Assembly (NCBI GenBank): GCA_964270895.1
Contig: OZ185440.1
DNA: 64,000 bases
Source of the DNA: Podarcis filfolensis
Lineage: Eukaryota
Direction: 5' to 3' (one strand)
A program made the position numbers and the translations under genes. Below the pieces are notes generated by a model that was not told the origin of the DNA, did no database searches, and saw only the letters and a program-made list of their open reading frames with translations. Positions 1-11,512 of the stretch are shown one piece after another (within the stretch, counting starts at the first letter, position 1; every line of letters starts with the position of its first letter).

Positions 1-359
1 ACCCATACAGTTCCAGTTCAAACTTAGCACGTTGTGATTAGATATGGAATTGTTAAAGCAAATTTGGGTGTTTATGTTGCCTTTGGACACAGAGGATGAT
101 GATCACAGTGAGAATAGACCTACTGAAATAAATGAACTTAAGTCCCTTGATTTGATAGGCCTATTTTCAGTATGCTTTAGACTGGTATCACTCTTCAGAT
201 TTGTTTTATGTTCCTTCTGCCACATAGCTAGTTTGAAATGACAGCTGTGTTGCACAAGGTATTAATAGTTCATGGGGCCCTGTCCACTTACTGGAAAAGC
301 TGTACGTTGTTCACTTGTGTAGTAGCCTATCATCTTAGACGGCCATATTTTCCTTACAG

Positions 360-705
360 ATGTGAATGAAGTAGATCTGCGTGAAGTCTGAGTTTCCCTC
401 TTGCTTTGTGACCAAATGAATTGATTCATCACTGAGTTGATTAACATGGGATGTTATCTGCAATGCAGCTTCTATTGAAGCAATTGGAGGCATCAGCATC
501 GTGAGTGAAGGACTAGAGAAAACACCGAGGCAACAATTTACCTGTACATTTCTTTTTATCATGTTCACTTCACTCGCTTGGGAGCACTATTGAGTCCAAT
601 TAATTTGCCAGAAAATATAAGTTCTTTTGCAGATGGAATCAACTTATGTACCAAGAGTTTAACAGATTCTGAAGTGTGAAATAAAGACATGCCAATGCAT
701 TGGAC
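360..705 (+). other. Candidate 3'-terminal exon of a convergent plus-strand gene (mammalian synteny would suggest TOMM6; not verified)
   Basis: Acceptor-like attttccttacag at 347-359; AATAAA at 680-685 followed by a U-rich tract at 703-716. No recognisable protein. Confidence 0.3.
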
Positions 706-1399
706 TTTTTCATTTTAATAGGAAAATTCAGCTTACAAAAACAAGGTAAAAAGAGTAAAGATTTACAAAAATCATAAAAACATGATTCATATTTCACACT
801 TAAAGAAGTAACAAGCCCCAGTCCTGTGTTTTTAAGTAGGACATGTTAACTATTCAAAGGGAAAATACATTTTTAAAAGGCCAAGGTGACCCTTTACTTA
901 TGAACAATTTTCAGCCAGCATAAAGAGTTGAGTGGTATTGTAATTATGATGGTCTATTGTATGTGGAAAAGGAACTGTTTGGTGTTGCATAGCATTTTGG
1001 TGTCTTGGACTGCTCTATAATGCCTCTGAGGTTACGGGAAACCACTTGTTAATATTTTTTTTAATCATATGGGCTGGAACGCTGTTGGTCTTGTAGAAGA
1101 ACGTCATCATCATTACAATGTGTCTCTTTAAAGTTCCCTTTAACAATAGATTTGTGTTTGTTCATTAGAGCCACCCATTCCTCCTTCCCATATGGAGATA
1201 AAAGGTAGTTGAATCCTAAGGAGTTAATGAGACTTCAGTTGCCACCAAGGGGGAATGAAATCATTGGCCCTGTGGGGATGGCGTCTGCCCAAGTCCTATG
1301 ACACATATTCTTGAGTAGAAAGAACATATTATTCAGTATATTTAGCAAAAAATCCAACTTACAGTTTTGTACCTGTTTATAACACACCTCTTGATCCTT

Positions 1400-1405
1400 T
1401 TTATT
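1400..1405 (-). terminator. Candidate distal USP49 polyadenylation signal
   Basis: AATAAA on minus strand with TGTA upstream and GTGTGTT (GU-rich) ~15-20 nt downstream. Confidence 0.4.
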
Positions 1406-2783
1406 TATAAACTATTAAACCCAGTTCAATACAAAATGTAAAAGAAGAGTAGTTGTGTTTCAGTAACATTTATGCAGTGAGTGGGTAAAATCAGTTGCTC
1501 ATATATCGATCTGTCCTCCATCACTACGTACCTCCAACCCCTTTGGAGCTGAGGCAGTCTTAACCATTAAGTGATCAACACCAAACAATCAGTAGCTACA
1601 AGTATAACTGCAGTCAGCATTGCCTTAAAGTTCCCCTGCAAATTACTAGTAGCCATAGATCTGCATTTAAGACAAAACTGTATACTTTTTTTGCTATACC
1701 TTAAATTACTGCTAAAATAATGTAATCAGAAGTGTATAGCTTTGGGGAGCTGTGGCAAATTTAAGTACCTATGTAAAGAACTTTTGTGAAGTAGAGATTA
1801 TACTACTGTAAGGAGATCTGATTTTGTGCATGTTAAAATTCTGAAATCTAATCAAGAATTTTCAGAACACTTGTTTTAAAAACATTTTGTGGTGACCATT
1901 TTTAAAAGTAGTGGCAGAAATTTGTTCTCGTTTTCTGGCTAGACTTACACACTCATCTTCAGTGGAACTTGTTTCTGTGTACATGTGATTCGGTTTACAT
2001 TTTGAGGTGCAACCAGTGCCCACTGTGCACTGCATTTGTTATAAGTGAACTTAAGCATAGCAGAGTTTCTTTTAATTCAAGATTTAGTTATAGTAATCTA
2101 CTTTTGCCTTTGAAAGCTGGACCAAGCAAAAACGCCTAAAATTATGCAATTCGGTAACATAAAATTTATTTGCCAAATATGCTGTAGTCAACCATGAGGC
2201 CTATACATGCTTCTGGTCAAGACCATCTCTGCCACTGGTGGTTAAATAAGAGGCTGACAGTACTGACTGATGGGGAATGGGACCAGATGCCCTTACCAGT
2301 GGGTGGTGGAGGCTGCTAGCTCAGTGCTGTGTGCCTGCACAGTGCTGATCTCCAGCTCACATGCCCTCTGCTGCCAAGGTTGTCAAGTCCCTTCCCCCCA
2401 GTGGACATGATACACCATACATTACATCACACATCTATGATATCAGAAACTGTCAATGGGATCTAAAAGCCTTTTCATGTTAAGTTTTGCAAGTTTGATT
2501 ACAAGATGGTGCTTTCCTTGAATATTGAACAGCTTGCAAGCTCTGTGTTTAGTTCTGAGCATTAATTTTTTCCTAAGTCTTGTTTCATTGACACTGTTTG
2601 GAGTATTAGTTATTTTGGATTGAATGAAGTCAAAAGAAAATAGAAGCTGAAAAACACACAAAGGTGCTTGGTTGCAACCCTAAAGATGAGAATTGTACAT
2701 TGAAAGCTTAGGCTTTCACACCTGTTTTGTGCAGTAGCGAACAGGACACCTAACTATATAGGCAGTGGGAGGATGGATACAAG

Positions 2784-2785
<2 letters not shown>

Positions 2786-2822
<37 letters not shown>
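2786..2822. repeat. (GT)18 microsatellite
   Basis: Perfect dinucleotide run, 37 bp. Confidence 0.98.
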
Positions 2823-2825
<3 letters not shown>

Positions 2826-5800
2826 TGGGAAGGTGAGGCTACTTCCACTCTATATCAGTGCACTTAAAACATGGCAATCCTAGCTTGATTTTAATTTCAG
2901 TTGATGCTACTTGTATACGGCCAATATTTTCTATGAAAAGAAACCATAATTTTTCTGCAATCCAATGTATAGTATCATCATTGCTATGTTTAGCATTTCT
3001 CTTTTTCTGACATCCACATGACCTGAACTGAATTTGGAGGCCACACTTATGCTTACACCTAAATAGTTCCAGTGCATTCTGCACTGTAAGTAGTCTGTCA
3101 GACTTAGGCTGATTGAAGATGTGCTTGACAATGCAGCAGTGACCATATGCCTTTATCTTACTTGAGGTGCTGTATTTAAGGATAACGGATATTGCTAGTT
3201 AAACTAGATGCTAGGCATGATATCATGAAACAATGTTCACTGGATTCTATTAAGCACTTTTACATATAGATGTTTAGCTTCAAGCACTCATACGTATCAT
3301 ATGCTATCTGTATAAAGATAGGACTGTTTGTCCTCCCAGGAACTGGAAATGGAAAGAAGCAGTACCGTGGTAGAAGAGAACGGATGTCTTTGCAAGGCAC
3401 CAGTCAGCAATTTCATAGCCTTTTCCAAACTGCTTTGTCAACAGATTGCTCCAGGCATTCTTAACCTTTCACACCAAAATTATGACGTACTTGCTTCAAG
3501 AGGAATAATCCTAATTTGAAAAAACTTTTTACTGACAAAGATTTAACACAAAAACCAAAATTATGATCTACTTTTGAGCAAATCATTTGCATTATTAGAA
3601 ATACAGTCTTTAGACACATACAGTAAAATACATCAAGTTGCTGGTAGGAACCATTTTTCCCATTCACATACAGATATGAAATGTAAAAAAGCCAATACTA
3701 CTAAAGTATTGTAAAGACACAAATTTGGGAGGGGGAGAAAATTAAACTTGTGTCCCATGCAAAATGTAATTAGATACAAGGCACCAATTTTTTATCTTAA
3801 AAAAATTGTTCACAAAGCTTTATCGGTAGGCAAAACTAATCCCACAACTTTCACCCCATTCATACAAATTTTCAGTCAGCAATACTGTTTAAATGTGGCT
3901 GCAGTTTGTGTTGGGGATAATTTGCTGACATTCAAAACTCATTTTCTCCTATCACACATACCTGGCACACAAAGCATATTAGTAAAATGGATCTTTACAA
4001 TCAGAAAGAGACAACATGTATGTTTTTAAAGTTCTCCTTTTGAGTCCATAGGACACATTTAACACCAATTTTTTTTGTAAGGTTTAACTGATAGGCGTGT
4101 TATAGTTTCCCTGAAGTGCACGCACACACCTAGGGCAATATCTAACGCTTGTCATACCTGGAGAAGACCCACTGCTCCAAGGATGACTTGCCACTGGATA
4201 TCACCTCTATAGTTCAAAAGCAAAGAAAAATAAGCATCTGCACAGTTCAACTTTGCAGTATAACAGTGAGTCGTTTGTTAGGATACTCTTCAAATCAACT
4301 TGTTTGCTTTGTAAAGTTAGGACTATTTCCCCAGTGCCTGTAGGAAACTTCTGATATAAAAGGATTCCATTAATATTTCCCCCTTTCTGCACAAATTTAA
4401 AGAACAAGTTAGTTGGTTGAAATTTTATATTTAAAATATGAAGGAACAAGTGAATAAATTGGCCTCTGTCCTCCTCTGCCTTTATTTTGGGGTTGCAGAG
4501 ATACAAGGGGGAACCCATTGTTATACTTAATATGGACCTGTCACTGAAAATAGCAATCCCTTGTGGAGTATTTTCCCATACCCCTCAGTAACATTTGGGC
4601 ACACCCATCCTCATGACATCATTGTATGTCCCCGTCCCCCCATAGGTTGTGTGCCGAAATGTAGTGATAGGGGGAATATTTGGCCTGGGGACGCCATTTT
4701 TGTCAAGGGCAATGTCTAAATCTGCCTTCAGTGAGAGGAAGTGGGCAGTAATTCAAGTGGCCCAAATTTGATGAAGACCATTAGTTCCTATTTCAAAGCC
4801 TTTTAGTTCAGATCACTGCCTGCTTGCACTTCCACAGACTTCTAAGACCCAGAAATCTTACATCAAGCTAATAAAACCCTTAGCTAGCCTAATAAAGACT
4901 CATTTTCAAAACTTGATGTACTGAATTGCTCCATTATTCTTAATTTTTTTTTTGTAGCTAGTTTTAGCTATAGACACACAACTAGTTTTGCTCTGTTGAT
5001 AACGGGAACACTTGTTATACCCAACTTATTCCTGTATGTATACTCTTATAGCCGGATCCTAAACATGTTTACTCAGAAATAAGTCTCACTGCTCACTGAG
5101 TTAAATGGGCTTGCTTCCTAACAGGCATGTTTAGGAGCATAAATGTTAAAGTAAATTGAATGATTTCCATGGGTTAGCAAATGTGGATGTGCTTTTGGTC
5201 ATATCCTACAAGTACACGGTGGCTCTTGGGAGAAGCGAAGCACCTTTCAGTGCTAAACGTTTTTCAGGGTTTAACACATATGCAACAAAGGAGCTGAATG
5301 CTAGGAAAATTAACACGGGAAGGTTAACTGATTGGTTATTCTGTTAGGCTTCTTTGTAATGGTAAGATATGGAACTATCAAGAATGCCAATTGTTATCAC
5401 ATTTTCTGTCAACCAGGACACTTTAAAACAGTGTACAGCATAGCAAGAGCACTGCTAGCGGTGGACAGATATAAAAGAAACAGCATAAAAAATGCTATAC
5501 GCTATCGCTTCCAAATAAAAGCTAATTATTACAGAAACCTCACAGTGTTGGAAACAGCAAGCACAATTCAAAAGCACAGTTCCTTCTTTCCCTATCCAGG
5601 TAATTTTCAATTGCACTCATTTCCACATCTCGTGCCACCCCATTAATCACATGAGAGGCAAGTACTGTCCAAATCTGCTTAGGAAACACAAAGCATTCAT
5701 GGTACCCATACGACCCTCCCAACTACACTACGCATCTAATTTAGGCATCAGCTGCACCTACTCAAAAACTTAAAAGATGTTTGAAATACCCAGTCAAAAG

Positions 5801-8543
5801 ATGAGTATTAACAGTAGGCTTGCCAGCTCTGCCATCAAACTCTAGCTATACCTTTAACAGCAGCTTGATGTGGAGGCAACAGTAGGTGATAGTGTTTATC
5901 TTCATGCTGTGAAAAGCTCCACATCTATTGTCTGCACATCAAGTTGCTACTAATGATCAGTTAGGCTGTGGTCAGTTGGCAGCCATACTACTGAGAAATC
6001 TGGTTTCAGAGCTGCATTCAGTAGTGGGTGTTGCAGGTGGGGTTGCATTGCTTTCCTGGCTCCCAAATACAGCAGTGCTGCCACGTACTGGGAGAGGGTG
6101 GCAAGGCAGTGGGGAGCTCAGCACTGTGCACAGGAGCCCTGTTGCCATGCCCTGTTGTTTTGCTGCCTCCCCGTGGTAAATGGCAGCAATGCAGTCTTTG
6201 GAAGCCAGAATAGCAATGCAGCCCCATCTGCTACTGCAGTGCTGCATCATGATTTGTAGGGATTCAGCTTTCTATATTTAAAAACACTGTTGTGTCTGCT
6301 CTCAAGACAACGAGTACAAGCTGAGCTTCATTAACTGAATTTCTTACTAAGGATGCTTGCCGGTAGAACTTTCTGGAGTATCAATCATGCTGATCCAGTA
6401 CACCTGAACTTTTTACTACCAGTCCAAACAGCAGACCAGTGTCTACTGGAATCAGTGTGTGCTGCAAAGTCCCAAATCATGGCTGTGTGTAACAAACCCC
6501 TGCTACTTTCTCCCTACTTCCAATGCAAGAAGGGGTAAACGCTTGGATTTTTGTCATTTTAGTAAACTTGCCATTTACTAATATCAGGAGGCTATCAATG
6601 GACTTTGAAAGATGGATTCACAGTAGTTACAGAAAGCAAGAAAGCACTTGAGAAAAACTTGTGCACACCAGACACCTGTCCATCTTTTTGAGATCCTTTT
6701 CCCCCAGAAATTTCTAAATTACATTGAAAGCTAAATCCTACACTGAGCAGAAGCTCCTGTGGCAAGACTATCTTCAGGAATTTTGAGAAGACCTGTGCTC
6801 TTCTCCAGAATTGTTTACTGAAATGCATGTGTTCTGCTCTAACAGAGGAACCCTGCAGCAGATAAACACTGATATTTGATCATTACAATTGCAGGATTAG
6901 ATTTCTCAAATTTTGTGAAGCTCACCATCCATTTCAGAGTCAAACTTCACCTGATTTACAATGAGGCTGCACTGATTTCTGTCACAATTTAACTGGCCTA
7001 TTTCTAATGAGCATTTGGGGGTATGATTTCTTGATACAACTGATGGCAAAAAAGAGCCCCGAAAGCCTAGTTACAAACCCAAGAAAAGTTATCTATATCT
7101 TTGTTAATACACAATTGTGGGGTTTTTATGATATTGTATCAATATTTCCAAGTTCCAAAGCAACAAGTTGTTTGTTTAGCCACCCAGAGTCCTGTGCTTT
7201 CCAAGTATGTCCTTTCTACAGAGATGAAACAGTAGCAAGAGCTCTTAATGGTAACTCAACATAGGATAGCACACTAATGAATTGTTATATCTTGTTGGTC
7301 ATGTGCATGTGACTAAGCATACTGTGACGACAAACACTCACAGTTTGGAGCTAGTTTTCTGGGGGTTAGAGAAGAGAATGAGGATGGATACCCTTCCTAT
7401 TGCCCCAAAAAACACTACGAAAGGGAGGAAGTTGACAAAATTCAGGACACTATTAGGGCCTCTTCTTGCTTTATCTGTGTGATGGCTGCTACTTCCCTGT
7501 CCGTTCTTCTTTGCATCTGAAAAGTTGCTATGCACTTAGGGCAAGAGTTGATATGTTCCAATAGCAGCAGAAGAAAAAGAAAACGAGTAATTAGTACAGG
7601 AAATCTAATCCTCAACTGTGAAACTGGGTGGAGTCGTGTGACCAATTCATATGGTGATCATCATGTTATAGCCAATACATAAGGAAAGCCCCAAAAGCCA
7701 AGGCCAACCCAGAACAACTGCAATCATTACAGAGGAAAATGTAGACTGTAAATTCACTCTAAGTTTTTGTCTTATTAGAAGATGCGGAAAATAGAGGGGA
7801 AGAAAAATAGTTTCTCTAATTTTTAGTACATACTCAAAATATGTGACATATTCAGCGTTCTGTATAATTTCAGCTTTTGTTCATTCCAAGAAACTGGAAT
7901 TACTTCAGGGGACAAAAGATGAAATGCCCATTACAAAAATAATAAACAAGGGTTGATGAACACATTTTCCTAGTGTAAAAGATCTTAGCATGTGTTTTAG
8001 TACAGTACAACACCATCTACCCAAATTACGCTGGGTTAGAAAGATGGATGGTGACTATATTATACACTGTATAATAATAACTGGCTACGTTATTTACACC
8101 AAGAGGTGCAACAACAGCAGTTCACCACATCAAGAGATCAAGGATTAAGTCAGCTGTGTTGATTCATTCTTTTTCTGGAGGAATTGTTATATTTATGGTC
8201 AGTTTGATGGCTTTATATCCTGGTTGTACACAGAAATTTGAATGCACCTACTTTTCCATGCCATAATGATTTCTCTTTGAAAGAAGATAAATAGTCCTAG
8301 ACATTGGAGGCTGTTACTCTTTGTTTTGTTTAGAGGACGAAGGGTTTTACAAATACATCTGTCCTTAAAAAAAATAGATGTTCTGCTACAATCTCATAGA
8401 ACAGTTGCACATAGTAGGAGGCCCACTTTTCCAGACTGTGGATCCAAATAATTCCTGCAGCAGTATTTGTTCCCGCCAAGATGAGTGAACTCCAAAAGGC
8501 TTTTAAAAAAATAAAATAAAAATAAGCCAGTTGATGTTTCCTT

Positions 8544-8734
8544 TCAGGGGAGTGTTAGTCTTCTATCTTTATCATTGTGTTTGGACGGCACCTGAGCTTG
8601 AAGTTGTGTTTCTGAGATACTTGCTTTGCCCTGCACGGTTCTTTGAGTATAAAAAAGAATGTAGGCCTGGGTTTTGCATACCTCCTCCACACTACATACA
8701 TTCAGTTTGGAGTCATTGCAGTGGACCCAAAACC
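8544..8734 (-). CDS. USP49: USP49 last coding exon (FWVHCNDSKLNVCSVEEVCKTQAYILFYTQR...RRLTLP-stop)
   Basis: Acceptor ttcctctcctttttag; NDS catalytic Asp and AYILFY motif; TGA at 8544-8546. Exon lengths sum to 2094 nt = 697 aa + stop with consistent phases. Confidence 0.96.
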
Positions 8735-9593
8735 CTAAAAAGGAGAGGAAACACAATTTATTAATGGCAGGGATTTATCCTGACAAATAATTTTTTTTTT
8801 TGAACTGGTTCATAGACAGATGACCCCTTGAGCTTCTGTAGCACTTCTACAGAAGCTACAGAGAGAACCACAATATAATGTGCCCAAAGGGACATGTGTA
8901 TTGAACAGCAGCCCCATGTGCTCAAAAGCAAGCCATTTTTGAAACTCAAGGGGACTTTCCAAAGCAGTTTTTGACATACTATGGTTCTGCTGCTGTTCAA
9001 GGAATACAAGTCAACAATTCCAATAAGCAATCCCAAACATATGGCTGCTCCTAAAAGGGGCTTTCTGGGTCTCAGCCAAATATACTGCTATGTTATCTAA
9101 GCTTCCCCATTTTATAGTGTTATCCTGGATAAAATTCAAGAAAAGATAATTGTAATTCTGCTTTTCTCCAGATGGCTGGGGAAATACGCTGTATTAACAT
9201 TTTGAAGGGAGATGCAAGACAATAAGGAAGTGTGGATGTTCTCCATTCAGTGTGAATTTATCATCTGAACAAGTCTGCTTATAGTTTGGAGCAAGAGAAA
9301 TAGCAATTCACTGAGCAAGCAAAATAGTTTAATTCAATGTGGATATTAAGTAAAAGAAAAACAGAATATGACTTTTCTTTTTTAGAGCAAGAGCAAGCAA
9401 TATAATCTATTCTGAATGACTACAAGCAAGAAGAAAAGCAGTTTAATTCCTAGTGTTACCAGCAGATATACTACTAGCTGTATACTGTGGAAACAGCTAT
9501 AATATTGCAGGAAAAAAATACATTTTTAAGAAGTGGTAATTCTACAAAATGCAATCAGTTAAAAAATTTCTCCCTATAACAAGGCACACGCAC

Positions 9594-9799
9594 CTCCCTC
9601 TGTGTTGTAGCAATATGCCGTGTAATGTCCTGAGCCAAACCCTTTCCCGTGATGCATCACCACAGCCGAGAGGTCATAGACAAAGGTCTCTTTGTCAAGA
9701 GAAGAGAGAGTGTCCCTGCAGCAGTAAGGTTCCATGTTTAATACCTGGTCAAAGAGGACATGGACCCCAATCTTCTCACGGTGATTACGCCCAGACCAC
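9594..9799 (-). CDS. USP49: USP49 coding exon 4 (206 nt, [10 protein letters not shown]...[28 protein letters not shown]; His box)
   Basis: Acceptor ttgtattgcag, donor GAG|GTGCGT, phase 2 to 1; catalytic His in GHYTAY. Confidence 0.96.
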
Positions 9800-11403
9800 C
9801 TGCAATACAAAGGCATGCAATCAAAAGGGCTTTAAAAAAATGGCAGGGGCGCTGACAGCTGTAGCAAAGCTATAACAAGATTTCAAAGAATTATGATATT
9901 CTGGATAGTGTACTTGATGAAAAATTTCAGCTGAATGGTCCTAATTTACTGCACTTAATATAGTCTGTTTAACAATATGAAATAAGGCCTTTCTACATCC
10001 TTCTGTAAAACATATTTCTTCAACAATATTATTCCATGCAATACATTTTGAAAACTGTTCTGCTTTTATTTTCAAACTACTTTTATTATTTTCTGAAACT
10101 GATGATCAATAAACCATTATTTAGTAAAGGACTATCATCAGGCTTAGTAGTGATTAAAAGTAGCTTCCTAGGTCATTAGCAATTACATTTTAGTAAACTT
10201 AAAAATAATTACATTACCAATTAGAAATAAAAATACATCTCCAAGTTGGGAAGAATATTTTCTGCCTTCTTGCTTTCTTAGAAATGTAAGATGGGTAAGT
10301 CAATACTATTTAGTGGATGTAAGTTGGCCCAATAAAAGAACTCCCATTCTTAGGCATAAATATTACAAAAGGGGTTTTCCTGCTAAAAGACAGGCATGTT
10401 ATACTGCTCAGTCTAATTAAAGAATGTTGTTCTGAGGTTTTAAATATCTGCAAAAAATGGATACAACGAACAAAACACACTTTGTGAAAAATCTCAACTC
10501 TGGAGGTGGCCAAAATAGAGATCCTCTTTAACATAAATTTCAGCAGAATTGTACAATTATTTACAATCACAACCTGCTATGGGATACCCAATAACAGTAA
10601 ATAGTGATGACATTTAAAACAAGCTAATATTGGATTCAGAATTCTCATTTTTAGGTGGAAAGGATAAGCTTACTCATTTGGTTACAATTTCACCTGTTTA
10701 ACAGATGTCAGCATCGGATATGTTAGAGGAAGTTCTACAGTTACAACACACAAGCCTCTTTGATTATGCTTTCATTATAACATATTGCGGCTGCAAACCC
10801 ACGAACTGCAGCAGTTGTGTTGTCACTTCTTTCCACAGATCTGTCTATTCAAACTTACTCCACTGGTGCTCCTATGGTAGTCAAAAGGCTGAGTCAATTC
10901 CTCCCACATCTACCCTTCCGGGAGGACATCAGCAGCCTTTAATGCCACTTTGAAAGACAAATCTCTTCACTGCCCTGCAGATTCATGACTACAGTACTTG
11001 GAAGAATTCCAACTTGCAATAACTTGAATCCATTTACAATATCGGAAGAACAATCAACAGGAGTTCAAGCATAGCGCTTGGAAAGAAGCAGGGAAGTGAA
11101 TTCAGAGGCACAAATGCACATTGCAATACAGTGGATAATATTGTGCTAGAACGGTTCTAAAACAAACAAGGAGCCTCTTACTGTGTGCATCGGATCTTTT
11201 TTACAAATGGGTGCTTCATCTGTGCTCTGTTCTGACAGAGAATCAAAAAGGGACATGAAACATTCTTGCATTTCTCTTCAAAAGTAAAAGGTATGTAAGG
11301 GTTCCATTTAATAAAACATCCAGTAATAATATAAAAATTATATCCACACCATTGCTTCAGATACAAAGGCGATCCTTTATTCCCCCGCCCACCTCCAATT
11401 CAC

Positions 11404-11512
11404 CTGAATCGTTTAAGGTGCAGCCGGAGGACCTGAGGTAGTCTGTAGATCATTAACTGCTTTTTAGCTTCACTTAGAATAAGAGGTTTGGGAGAAGATT
11501 TCCGCCGTTTGC
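11404..11512 (-). CDS. USP49: USP49 coding exon 3 (109 nt, [36 protein letters not shown])
   Basis: Acceptor ttgttacgtag, donor CAG|GTGAAT, phase 1 to 2; [15 protein letters not shown] box. Confidence 0.96.

Larger units (their letters stand above)
1380..8543 (-). other. USP49: Probable long USP49 3' UTR (~7 kb; distal end uncertain)
   Basis: AT-rich, ORF-less, repeat-poor region after the stop. Minus-strand AATAAA at 4481-4486, 2165-2170 and 1400-1405. Human USP49 is recalled to have a UTR of similar length. Confidence 0.5.

Noticed and set aside
44-241. Acidic peptide EDDDHSENRPTEINELK as an exon of a neighbouring gene
   Set aside because: Splice sites are weak, joining to the 360 acceptor gives an immediate stop, and the peptide is not recognised.
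4563-4690. Degenerate inverted repeat in the probable 3' UTR
   Set aside because: Arms are short and poorly matched; likely an old MITE, too weak to delimit.
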